Assembly: GCA_964539765.1 (NCBI GenBank) | Contig: CAZIJZ010000003.1 | Coordinates: 12,734 to 76,733, forward strand | DNA: 64,000 nt | Origin: an uncultured Smithella sp. | Lineage (GTDB): Bacteria; Desulfobacterota; Syntrophia; Syntrophales; Smithellaceae | Reading direction: 5' to 3' | Shown here: piece by piece, positions 1 through 8,434 of the stretch | How positions within the stretch are numbered: position 1 is the stretch's first letter | How the letters are laid out: the number at the start of each line of letters is the position of its first letter | Notes under the pieces: model-generated | What the model was told of the DNA's origin: nothing | Database searches by the model: none | What the model saw: only the letters and a program-made list of their open reading frames with translations | Program-made: the position numbers and the translations under genes

Positions 1-501
1 ATTGTTCAGATGAAATGCCCCGAACAGAAAGCATGGGTCGGCGTGCTGAAGCGGGAAATGCTGATGGGCTACTGCATTAAAGGAACATGGCTTAAGGCCT
101 TTTTAAAGCCGTTTATGATTTTATTCCTGTGGAAAACAAAAATCTATTTCAGAATAATCGCCAAAGAAGTCGTGTACGAAATCAGAGACTACATCGATTC
201 CGGCTTCGAGGTTTCGGGAATCGTCGGAATAAAAGGCTCGCCTTCCTGCGGGGTTTCCGCCGCGCTGGATCTGAAAAAATCCGCTCAGTTCGCCGCCGAT
301 CTGGATATCGAAACCTTGAGCAGGGAATATTTTAATGAAAACTGTTATAAAAAGTGTATGGTTGAAAGAAGCGGTCTTTTTTTCGAGGAATTGAAAAAGC
401 GTCTTTCCTCACAAAATATCAACATAACCTTCTTTGAACACGATTTGCCCGGAGAAATAAGCGGTAAAGAGAGTAATGTTAATTTTGATCAAATCCTGTA
501 A
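1..501 (+). CDS. hypothetical protein, 5-prime end possibly outside window
   Basis: The frame is open from base 1, with the first ATG at 10 and the stop at 499-501. It contains an IKGSPSCG motif reminiscent of DUF523-type proteins. I recognise no stronger match. Confidence 0.5.
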   Translation: MVQMKCPEQKAWVGVLKREMLMGYCIKGTWLKAFLKPFMILFLWKTKIYFRIIAKEVVYEIRDYIDSGFEVSGIVGIKGSPSCGVSAALDLKKSAQFAADLDIETLSREYFNENCYKKCMVERSGLFFEELKKRLSSQNINITFFEHDLPGEISGKESNVNFDQIL

Positions 502-560
502 AGTATGCCTCAAAGTCGGCGCGGCAGGCAAACTTCGCTAATGTATTAAAAAGACGTAAA

Positions 561-1724
561 ATGAACAATGTAATCTTAATCGGACTAGTCAGTTTCTTCG
601 CGGATTTAAGCACCGAGATGGTTTATCCGCTTATTCCGCTTTACCTGACAACGGTATTCGGCGCGACTCCCGCCCTTGTCGGCGTGATAGAAGGAATCGC
701 GGAAAGCATCGCCAGCCTTCTGAAAGTCTTCAGCGGCTACATTACCGACAAATACCGCAGGAAAAAACCCGTCGCCTTTACCGGCTACGCGGCTGGACTT
801 GCGTACAAGCTGATTCTGCTTATTGCCGGTTCGTGGCAGAGCGTTCTCGCGGCACGGGTGATAGACAGGTTCGGCAAAGGCATCCGCACGGCTCCCCGTG
901 ATGTTCTGGTCAGCGAAAGTTGCGAGGCGAACAATCTGGGACATTCTTTCGGCATCCACAAGGCTCTCGACATGGCCGGTTCCGCCGCCGGAATTCTGAT
1001 AGCCTTCTTTATCATGACAGCGTGGCAAGGAGAATACGCCTATAAGCAGCTCTTTTTGCTTTCGTGTATTCCGGCAATCCTGTCGCTTTTCATGTTTATT
1101 TTCATCAGGGAAACAGCAAGCCGATGCGAAACAGGAAAACCGCTTCATCTTTTCAACGGATTGAAGAATCTCGACGCGCGTCTCAAGCTTTATCTTGCCG
1201 TTGTCTTTCTGTTCACCCTGGGGAACTCATCCAACGCCTTCCTGCTTCTTCGGGCGGGAAACGTCGGCTTCAGCGCCGCAAACGTCGTGCTTCTCTACTT
1301 TTTATACACAATAGTTTCGTCTGTGTTTGCTATACCTTTCGGCAAACGGTCCGACCGCATCGGACGCAAACGCCTGCTGGTTGCCGGTTACGCCGTGTTC
1401 GCGGTCGCGTACGCCGGATTTGCCTGGGCGCCGGATAAGACAGTCATCATCGCCGCGTTCGCGCTGTACGGGATATTCACCGCGATGACGGCGGGAGTGG
1501 AACGCGCGTTTGTTTCGGAAATCGCGCCGGAAAATCTGAAAGGAACTTTGCTCGGACTTCATTCGACAATCGTGGGAATCGCCCTGCTCCCGGCTAGCAT
1601 CATTGCCGGAGTGCTCTGGACAGCGTTCGGCCCTGTGATCCCTTTTGCTTTCGGGGCCAGCCTCTCGCTTGCCTCGGCGCTGATACTCGCCTTCGGCCTG
1701 ACGCAAAAACCTGTCAAGATTTAA
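561..1724 (+). CDS. MFS-type transporter
   Basis: 387 aa and strongly hydrophobic, with about 12 helices. MFS motif-A-like loops are present: DRFGKGIRTAPRD, and a second copy GKRSDRIGRKR. Confidence 0.85.
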   Translation: MNNVILIGLVSFFADLSTEMVYPLIPLYLTTVFGATPALVGVIEGIAESIASLLKVFSGYITDKYRRKKPVAFTGYAAGLAYKLILLIAGSWQSVLAARVIDRFGKGIRTAPRDVLVSESCEANNLGHSFGIHKALDMAGSAAGILIAFFIMTAWQGEYAYKQLFLLSCIPAILSLFMFIFIRETASRCETGKPLHLFNGLKNLDARLKLYLAVVFLFTLGNSSNAFLLLRAGNVGFSAANVVLLYFLYTIVSSVFAIPFGKRSDRIGRKRLLVAGYAVFAVAYAGFAWAPDKTVIIAAFALYGIFTAMTAGVERAFVSEIAPENLKGTLLGLHSTIVGIALLPASIIAGVLWTAFGPVIPFAFGASLSLASALILAFGLTQKPVKI

Positions 1725-1822
1725 ACTAGTGCGCTGTTGTTAATTACCTAAAACATGAGCCAAGCAAAGACTTGAGACACCTTTGCTACTTTAGAGATAA
1801 ATCGGTGGCTGTCCCTAATTTC

Positions 1823-1882
1823 CTGGAGCAATCATGCTGATTGCTCCAGAATATTTTGGTTCAATCGAAGGACGATTGAACC
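1823..1882 (+). other. two adjacent perfect stem-loops downstream of the MFS gene (possible terminator or island boundary)
   Basis: ctggagcaatca-tgc-tgattgctccag forms a 12-bp stem at 1823-1849. ggttcaatcg-aagga-cgattgaacc forms a 10-bp stem at 1858-1882. Only a weak T-tract follows. Confidence 0.6.
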
Positions 1883-1911
1883 AGCAAAAGCCTTAACCAT
1901 GATCCTGAAAT

Positions 1912-1940
1912 AATTAAGTGTTATGTCCCCCGAATTTCCT
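1912..1940 (+). repeat. short direct repeat DR1, copy a (AATTAAGT..GTCCCCC.AATTTC.T)
   Basis: aattaagtgttatgtcccccgaatttcct matches 3334-3362 (aattaagtatactgtcccccaaatttctt). A partial third copy, gtccctaatttcct, lies at 1811-1824. Confidence 0.7.
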
Positions 1941-1967
1941 CTCTTGAATAAATAGAAACTTAGTATT

Positions 1968-2100
1968 TGATTCCTGAGAAGTAACCCCGTTTTCCTGAAA
2001 AATGCTTGGTGACAAAAAATAAAAGTATCGTAATTATAAGGCATTAGAAGTGCCGTATTTTGCCATTTTGCACCAAAAGGCAGTTACTTCTCAGGAATCA
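1968..2100. repeat. MITE-like inverted-repeat element (18-bp perfect arms, 97-nt spacer)
   Basis: The left arm tgattcctgagaagtaac (1968-1985) is the exact reverse complement of gttacttctcaggaatca (2083-2100). No ORF lies inside. Confidence 0.6.
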
Positions 2101-2130
2101 GTATTTTAGAGGCGTCCCTATGCGCCTATC

Positions 2131-3087
2131 CTATTTATGATTTTTAATCGCTTCACCTATTGTACTACGAATCTCATCAGAAGATGGTGGCAATAAATCT
2201 CCGTATGGCAGTAATTGTTCAACACTTTTCTTTTCTAGAATAATATGATTTAAGTTAAGTAAGCGTTGTTTACACGGTTCATATGCTTTGTGCCATTTAT
2301 CAATATATAGTAATTCAATTTTATATTTAGCAGATGCGTTACAGGATGAATCGTATGTCCCTCGATTTTTACACATTGAATTTGCTATAAATAAAGAATT
2401 ATTATATCCATTCTCCCAAGCCTTATAATCTGGCTCTGGACACAGAAGCGCTTTATAGTTATTTTCCAATCCTTTTTTATAATCAGATAATAATCGCACT
2501 TTTATTTTTTTATTAAATCCATTTGTCTCTTTTGGAATACTATCTTCGATTTCTTTAACGATTATTTTTGTAACATTTAATGGTTGAATAAAATCAGATT
2601 TAAGTTTTTCTGCCGTATATATTTTAGATTTATCATTAAAACGTGATCCTAATTTATTCATATATGCCATGTAACTTTTACCATTTAAATATGCTATTTG
2701 TTGGCCATAAAGCTGTTCCTCTGCATAATTGAGTTTTTTAGACATAGAATCACTCTCGGTTCGTAAATTAGACAAATTACTGCTCAATTCGTTCTTTATT
2801 TTGTTTAATTCTTCTATCTCTTGCTTGCTGTTTGATATTTCTTGTTTGTATTTTTCAACTTGTTCTTGCCACTTACTCTTTTCAATTTCTAACTTAGCAA
2901 GTTCTTCAGATATTTTTTCTTTTTGAAAGACAGGCACAACCGTATAAAAATAACCCCATGCCACCACTATTAACATCAAAATTTGAGATACATTAGCTAG
3001 TATCTTAATGACTTTTTCTAAGTCAGGTGAGGTAATAAATTTCCCTAATCTTTGATATATTGAATGTTTTAATAAATTTGTTTTCAT
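2131..3087 (-). CDS. membrane-anchored coiled-coil protein, unknown function
   Basis: 318 aa with one N-terminal TM helix (ILMLIVVAWGYFYTVVPVF). A K/E/S-rich coiled-coil-like stretch of about 90 aa follows, then a Cys-containing C-terminal domain. Its AT-rich codon usage matches the island. Confidence 0.6.
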   Translation of the reverse strand: MKTNLLKHSIYQRLGKFITSPDLEKVIKILANVSQILMLIVVAWGYFYTVVPVFQKEKISEELAKLEIEKSKWQEQVEKYKQEISNSKQEIEELNKIKNELSSNLSNLRTESDSMSKKLNYAEEQLYGQQIAYLNGKSYMAYMNKLGSRFNDKSKIYTAEKLKSDFIQPLNVTKIIVKEIEDSIPKETNGFNKKIKVRLLSDYKKGLENNYKALLCPEPDYKAWENGYNNSLFIANSMCKNRGTYDSSCNASAKYKIELLYIDKWHKAYEPCKQRLLNLNHIILEKKSVEQLLPYGDLLPPSSDEIRSTIGEAIKNHK

Positions 3088-3110
3088 AAATTATTTTATA
3101 ATCGCTGCGC

Positions 3111-3268
3111 CTAAATCTCAAATCTGGGGACACCATATTAGTTTGTTCTAGATACTATTAATTTATTTTTTTGAATCATGCGGAATCAAAAGTTTCTTCT
3201 GAAACTCGCCGCTAAATTAGACAGATTTTTAATAGCGCCTTTTGGGGATGGAAAGCAAGGAAAATATT
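3111..3268 (+). repeat. direct repeat DR2, copy a (~130-160 nt)
   Basis: It aligns by eye at roughly 70 percent with 7424-7546. Shared blocks are aatct.aaatc.gg.gacaccata, ttcta.a.acta.t.aatttatttt, tgaa.catgc.gaa, cgcctttt and gcaag.aaatatt. Confidence 0.7.
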
Positions 3269-3333
3269 AGAATGTTCAAGATTCTATGTTCAATTTATCA
3301 AGGGAATAAGAATGCAGGCTGAGTAAAGTTTCT

Positions 3334-3362
3334 AATTAAGTATACTGTCCCCCAAATTTCTT
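3334..3362 (+). repeat. short direct repeat DR1, copy b
   Basis: Same as the 1912-1940 repeat. The pair brackets the 318-aa gene. Confidence 0.7.
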
Positions 3363-3451
3363 ACCCTCATCCCTTGTTACCCCAAAAATAATGTTGTCAT
3401 CTCTGCATCATTGATATATTAATAGCAAGGAGTAATCTCGGGAATATCCCA

Positions 3452-4588
3452 ATGAAAAAAAAGCATAAAATAATAGATTTATTCTGTGGTGCTGGCGGCT
3501 TCACCCTAGGTTCGCACTTTGCTGGTTTTGATACCGTCTTAGCGATCGATATTGACAAAGATATTACTGCGAGTTTCAATAACAATTTTGCCAAAACATC
3601 GCTTTTATTAGAGGATGTTTCTCGTCTGAGTCCGGCATATATTAGAGATAAGGCAAATTCAAAAACAGATCGTATTGCCGGTATCATAGGCGGGCCTCCA
3701 TGCCAAGGATTTAGCCATATTGGCAAGAGAAATAAAAATGATGAACGTAATACATTAGTTAATCATTTTTTTAGGATTGTTTCAAAGATAAAACCAACTT
3801 TTTTTGTTATGGAAAATGTACCGGGAATTATGCACGGCTTCGGACGTCGCATCCTCACTTCTGGTATTGATTTAGTTCATAGACGATATGAAATATTGGG
3901 ACCGCTAACCCTGAACGCTGTAGATTTTGGCGCTGCAACTATAAGACGTCGTGTGTTCGTGATTGGTTATCTGCCTGAATATATGGAACGACTAACAGAA
4001 GTCGACATCAACACTCTTAAAATAATGACACCCGCCAGTACCGCAGATGCAATAAATGACCTGCCAAAACTTTGTAAGGGATACAAAAATGACAATGATG
4101 AATATTTAGCATTTTATCCGAAGGATATAGATGAAGATCTAATTAGCGCATATGCTCGAAGGGCAAGAAAGGCGCCGCCCAAAAGAAGTGTTTCAAAGAT
4201 TATTAGTGATGCACATGCTAATGGCATAGTATCAGGCTATCAGCCTACTACTCATACGCAGGATGTGTTTAAACGTTTTTCAAAGATTTTGCCTGGGCAA
4301 ACTGACAATATTTCTAGATGCCAGAGACTTTCATGGAATATGCCTTGTAATACTTTACGGGCTGGTACAGGAAAAGATAAAGGCGGTTATCAATCTATTC
4401 GACCGATTCATCCTGAAGAAGATAGAGTTATTTCTGTAAGAGAAGCGGCAAGAATTCAAGGATTTCCAGATTGGTTCCAGTTTCATCCCACTATATGGCA
4501 TAGTTTTAGAATGATAGGTAATAGTGTATCGCCTTACATTGCAAAAGCCATACTCAGTCAAATCGCAAAAAAATTAGATAATAATTGA
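3452..4588 (+). CDS. dcm: DNA (cytosine-5)-methyltransferase
   Basis: 378 aa with the canonical C5-MTase motifs: I DLFCGAGGF, IV GGPPCQGFS, VI ENV, VIII RRRVFVIG and X GNSVSP. Confidence 0.95.
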   Translation: MKKKHKIIDLFCGAGGFTLGSHFAGFDTVLAIDIDKDITASFNNNFAKTSLLLEDVSRLSPAYIRDKANSKTDRIAGIIGGPPCQGFSHIGKRNKNDERNTLVNHFFRIVSKIKPTFFVMENVPGIMHGFGRRILTSGIDLVHRRYEILGPLTLNAVDFGAATIRRRVFVIGYLPEYMERLTEVDINTLKIMTPASTADAINDLPKLCKGYKNDNDEYLAFYPKDIDEDLISAYARRARKAPPKRSVSKIISDAHANGIVSGYQPTTHTQDVFKRFSKILPGQTDNISRCQRLSWNMPCNTLRAGTGKDKGGYQSIRPIHPEEDRVISVREAARIQGFPDWFQFHPTIWHSFRMIGNSVSPYIAKAILSQIAKKLDNN

Positions 4589-4609
4589 TTAAGGGCAATA
4601 ATATTTAAA

Positions 4610-5557
4610 TTATAAGTAAAACTCACCAAACATCGGGTAATATCTATATAATTCATGGTAGGATTTAAGTTGATCATCGCGCAAGCCTAGTTTTTCCATT
4701 TCATCACTTGTCGGAGCTTTTTCGCGTGGCAATATTCTGTCAAGTTCAATTTTTTCTTTTATAGTCAGATGTGGTACATTTATTACAAATGGTGTTTCCC
4801 CTTTTATATAATCGAATTTATCCGATAATCTACAATCTATTAGTCGCCGCTTGTAATCGTCGTCTACAAACATTCCGCTAATAGTGATCATCGGCGCTCC
4901 GTCTGCGTAAAGAATATTAAATAATGGATAAAATTCTTCTCGCCTACCCGATTTTTTTAAAGCACTTTTTATTCGAGAAAAAATAATTTTTGCGAGAAGA
5001 ATGGGGTACGTCCCCACACGAATATCCGAGTCTTTCGTGTTGATTGGGACAAAGTCGCCCGCCAATCTACGTAAGGCGTCTAATCTTGTATATTTTCCTT
5101 TTTTCCCCTTAATTTTATCATGATCTGCATTAACAGTTAAAATAAAAATACTTCCTATCGGTGCTTTTTCGCAAACGATTCTAGTATCCTCCAAAGCTGG
5201 TCCATTAGCAAGACCGGTATCGTGATCAAGCCATATGACAGCTTTTTGCCGCAATGCTGACATATCAGGAAGTACTTTTGTTGTTTCACCTGGCACTATC
5301 TTAATACAATCGTAAGGTTTATTAAAATCTGCACGTTTCTCATATTCAGCTCTTTCTATCGAAAACATCTTCTGGATATTAAGAATTTTATGCACCAAAA
5401 TAAAATCAACGAACCACATAGATCCCATGCCAATATACGAATAATCGGATATCTCGAAAGGTTCTTTTATTTCCGTTAATGCTTCGACAATAAGCTTACG
5501 TTCTATATTTTTATTTGGACGGAGCAAATAATTTATTTTATCAAACGACGGTTTCAT
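4610..5557 (-). CDS. uncharacterised 315-aa protein, translationally coupled partner of the GHKL ATPase
   Basis: The long ORF starts at an ATG that overlaps the upstream GHKL stop by 4 nt (ATGA). I recognise no catalytic motif. YIGMGSMWFVDF and VIWLDHD could be Rossmann-like strands, but that is speculative. Confidence 0.7.
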   Translation of the reverse strand: MKPSFDKINYLLRPNKNIERKLIVEALTEIKEPFEISDYSYIGMGSMWFVDFILVHKILNIQKMFSIERAEYEKRADFNKPYDCIKIVPGETTKVLPDMSALRQKAVIWLDHDTGLANGPALEDTRIVCEKAPIGSIFILTVNADHDKIKGKKGKYTRLDALRRLAGDFVPINTKDSDIRVGTYPILLAKIIFSRIKSALKKSGRREEFYPLFNILYADGAPMITISGMFVDDDYKRRLIDCRLSDKFDYIKGETPFVINVPHLTIKEKIELDRILPREKAPTSDEMEKLGLRDDQLKSYHELYRYYPMFGEFYL

Positions 5558-6885
5558 ATTTCCTCTTCCAATTCATTCTTCGCATAATAATCGAATGTCT
5601 CGAGTCCCAATTCTCTGTTGGACATATCTTTATTACCTAAGGATTCTTTCACTTTATTAACTATATCTAACTGTTTCCGATAGCTAATAGAAGTCATAGT
5701 TATCGCGCGTTTTGTGAATGTAGGAACTACAATAGCTTCGTTTTGCTCTAGCGCATAAAGATTGGTGGGTATGGCTTTCTCCTCCATTTCCTTTGCCTTA
5801 TCTAAATCTGCCTTTCGAGCATTAGTGTAATCGAGATATTTACGCGTCACATCTTTCATTTTAGTTAAAGCACGTCTATAAAGTTCCGATGATCCATCTA
5901 AGTTTCTCTTTGTTGTTGTCCAAGGTAATTTTCCAGGATCTGCGCATTGAAAATTAATTATTCCCATAAAACCATTATATTGCGGATGCCAATGCGGAAA
6001 ATCGTCTCCCCAAATGGTACTAGCCGTTTTATCGCCAGCCAAGACGATTCTATCGTTGCACGACACAAACCATCCATAATAATCTATTTGACGTAATTCT
6101 TGCATTTCTTCTGCCGAGTCGTCATCTGGAGGAATATTAGCCATTCCTGCTTTTATCTCTATCATTACGTCTTTTTCTACATCATCGATATATTTTATAT
6201 AAACGGGTGTAAATTCATCGCTCTTAAGAAGAGTAAAATTGAAAGGCGATACGTTGTTTTCATTGACCATTAATTTAAAACCCTTCTGCAGGAAAAATGA
6301 GTAATCGCGAGCTACAATGCGGACAAATGCATTTGCAAAAGCGTCCAACTTAAATTCATCTTTTATAGGTGGCCTAAGATTTTTTATTACAATACTAGTA
6401 CCTTGAATTTTCGAATCCCACGGTTCGATATCGAAATCCCAATCTTCCGTTTGTTGCCAAGCTGAAACATCTATAGGAACCTTATATGAATCGGCACCGT
6501 TTTTTGTAGCAATTTCGATATTACGTCCAATTTTAAAAATCGCTCTTTTCATCCCGATTCCGTATAGACCGATCAGGCCCTTTGCATCGGCCGGCGCTCC
6601 GGGACGTCTCCCAAAATGAAAAGCGTAATCAATTGCTATGCTAAGAGGTATCCCTCCGCAATTGTCTTCAATAGAAAATTTATCGGCATCAAATGATATT
6701 TTGCAGAAAAAACCGTTATATGGTTTCTCTGAGGAAGGTGGACTGTGTTCTATATTTATTCGCATTGCCCCATCTAGAGAATTATCCAGTAAATCTAGAA
6801 TGCAATCTACAAGTGACACATCCTTTGTTATTGTATCAATGAAAAAATCTTTAACAGGTCCACCATGCGCTTTTGTACGTTCCAT
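5554..6885 (-). CDS. GHKL-superfamily ATPase (HATPase_c_3 / MORC-MutL-like)
   Basis: 443 aa with the Bergerat-fold motifs: N-box DLLDNSLDG, G1 EDNCGGI and G2 GLYGIGMKRA. There is no histidine-kinase dimerisation/phosphoacceptor (DHp) domain and no gyrase or MutL C-terminal domain. Confidence 0.85.
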   Translation of the reverse strand: MERTKAHGGPVKDFFIDTITKDVSLVDCILDLLDNSLDGAMRINIEHSPPSSEKPYNGFFCKISFDADKFSIEDNCGGIPLSIAIDYAFHFGRRPGAPADAKGLIGLYGIGMKRAIFKIGRNIEIATKNGADSYKVPIDVSAWQQTEDWDFDIEPWDSKIQGTSIVIKNLRPPIKDEFKLDAFANAFVRIVARDYSFFLQKGFKLMVNENNVSPFNFTLLKSDEFTPVYIKYIDDVEKDVMIEIKAGMANIPPDDDSAEEMQELRQIDYYGWFVSCNDRIVLAGDKTASTIWGDDFPHWHPQYNGFMGIINFQCADPGKLPWTTTKRNLDGSSELYRRALTKMKDVTRKYLDYTNARKADLDKAKEMEEKAIPTNLYALEQNEAIVVPTFTKRAITMTSISYRKQLDIVNKVKESLGNKDMSNRELGLETFDYYAKNELEEEI

Positions 6886-6909
6886 ATTACTCGCTCCAAA
6901 TCAGTCAGA

Positions 6910-7317
6910 CTAATTTTCTAAAAATTTAATTATGCGTTTCGATGTAGAATTAATATTTTTAAGATTACATTGCCATATTATAAGATATCTCCACCCCATC
7001 GAGGTTAGCTCCTTGAATTTTTTATTGTCTCTCAATTTATTGGACTCGATTTTAGTTCTCCAATAAGCAACACGCGTTTTGGGCAATCTGGCTTTTTCGC
7101 AACCATCATGCCCATGCCAAAAGCAACCGTTTACAAATATGGCTTTCTTTTTAGATTTGAATACCAAATCGGGTTTGCCCGGAAGGCTTTTATCATGCAA
7201 ACGATATCTATGACCCATTGCATACACTAGTTTCCTTACTAATATTTCAGGCTTAGTGTTCTCAGAATGAACCGCTGCCATTATTTTACTTCGTTTTTCT
7301 TTTGTCACATGGTCCAT
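6910..7317 (-). CDS. vsr: very short patch repair endonuclease
   Basis: 135 aa with SENTKPE near the N-terminus. It carries FVNGCFWHGH and WRYLIIWQC, both typical of Vsr. Confidence 0.9.
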   Translation of the reverse strand: MDHVTKEKRSKIMAAVHSENTKPEILVRKLVYAMGHRYRLHDKSLPGKPDLVFKSKKKAIFVNGCFWHGHDGCEKARLPKTRVAYWRTKIESNKLRDNKKFKELTSMGWRYLIIWQCNLKNINSTSKRIIKFLEN

Positions 7318-7423
7318 ATATGAACCTTTATATCTATAATAAAAAACACGACCATTTTATTATGCTGGTTTATTTAGTTAGTTTACATTCCTCTCCGCGA
7401 GGATTACATGGAATGAATCTTAA

Positions 7424-7546
7424 ATCCGGTGACACCATACTAATATATTCTAAACACTATATAATTTATTTTAGTGAAACATGCAGAAAAATGTGGGACG
7501 GAATTTTATAAACGCCTTTTTTGAGGATATTGCAAGAAATATTTTG
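7424..7546 (+). repeat. direct repeat DR2, copy b
   Basis: See 3111-3268. Together the two copies bracket the dcm / partner / GHKL / vsr module. Confidence 0.7.
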
Positions 7547-7658
7547 TACTTAAGTCCTACGTCGCTTCGCTCCTAGGATAGTTCGTCCTGCAAATTTCAG
7601 CGCGCTACGCTTCTAAAATTTGGGACTCACTAAAATCAAGAATTTTTTTGAAAAACCG

Positions 7659-7700
7659 TTCTATGTTCTATGTTCTACGTTCTACGTTCAAAGTTCTATG
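7659..7700 (+). repeat. heptanucleotide tandem array (TTCTAYG x6)
   Basis: ttctatg ttctatg ttctacg ttctacg ttcaaag ttctatg, contiguous with exact 7-nt periodicity. Confidence 0.9.
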
Positions 7701-7757
7701 TTAAAAATAGCTGAACCAAGTTTTAAGATTTAAGGGTTAAGTAGTTAAGAAGCAAAA

Positions 7758-7813
7758 GGTGAAAGGTGAAGAGTGAATGGTAAAAAGTGATTGGCGGCTA
7801 GTGAATGGTGAAT
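7758..7813 (+). repeat. heptanucleotide tandem array (RGTGAAN x8, degenerate)
   Basis: ggtgaaa ggtgaag agtgaat ggtaaaa agtgatt ggcggct agtgaat ggtgaat. Confidence 0.8.
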
Positions 7814-7948
7814 AGAAAAATGCTATGTTAAAAATAACTGAATGGTGAAGAGCTTCCATGCTCTATATCTTGCGGCTACAACCTTCTTGACTCGCAAGAA
7901 ATCGTTTCTTATACTTCACTCCCAATAGATGAAAGGAAGTTCTTAGAA

Positions 7949-8434
7949 ATGAAATTAACAGACACACAGATGATGGAAATTGCGCAGCACGCGTTTACGC
8001 GCATGGATGGGGCCTGGTTTTTGGCGCTGGCCAGGAAGTTCGGCATTCAAACAGCCTGGGAAATGGATGTGGAAGCCTGGAAACATTTTTCTTACGTTTT
8101 CGGCAAGAACCTTCGGAAGAACTATCTTCCCAATCCCGTCTGGCCGGAGAGTTTTTTGGATGCATTTGATATTTTCAGCAAGGTTTTAAAGATCGAGGGA
8201 CGGAAAGTCTGCATCGAAGATGGTAAAATTATCATGCGCATTACGGATTGCGAGACACAGAAAGCCATTGCCAAGGCCGGCGTTGCCGATTGCGGTATTG
8301 TCACCGTCCAGACCTATCAGGGGATAATCGGCGGCCTGTTTGATAATAAAATTCTCGTGGATGTTGCTCACACTAAAAATTTAAATCGCGGTGATGATTG
8401 CTGCGAAGTTGTTGTCACCCGGAAATCGCCGTAA
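7949..8434 (+). CDS. hypothetical protein (weak resemblance to ATC-hydrolase-like small proteins)
   Basis: 161-aa ORF with a plausible RBS (gaaaggaag) upstream and core-like composition. The functional call is not secure. Confidence 0.55.
   Translation: MKLTDTQMMEIAQHAFTRMDGAWFLALARKFGIQTAWEMDVEAWKHFSYVFGKNLRKNYLPNPVWPESFLDAFDIFSKVLKIEGRKVCIEDGKIIMRITDCETQKAIAKAGVADCGIVTVQTYQGIIGGLFDNKILVDVAHTKNLNRGDDCCEVVVTRKSP

Noticed and set aside
129-335. 68-aa Arg-rich ORF in an alternative frame of the first gene
   Set aside because: It is embedded in the longer 1-501 ORF on the same strand, and its Arg-rich composition is typical of an off-frame artefact.
1741-2130. tRNA, tmRNA or attachment site at the left island boundary
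   Set aside because: The hairpins lack cloverleaf geometry and a T-loop consensus (no GGTTCGAATCC-like box). I could not fold any tRNA-like structure by eye.
1741-7546. Integron-like cassette array (repeats as attC sites)
   Set aside because: There is no intI gene and the genes are in mixed orientation. DR1 and DR2 are direct repeats without the attC R''-L''/L'-R' inverted-core architecture.
7659-7813. Heptamer arrays as a CRISPR array
   Set aside because: The units are 7 nt and contiguous with no spacers. No cas genes are present, and CRISPR repeats are 23-50 nt.
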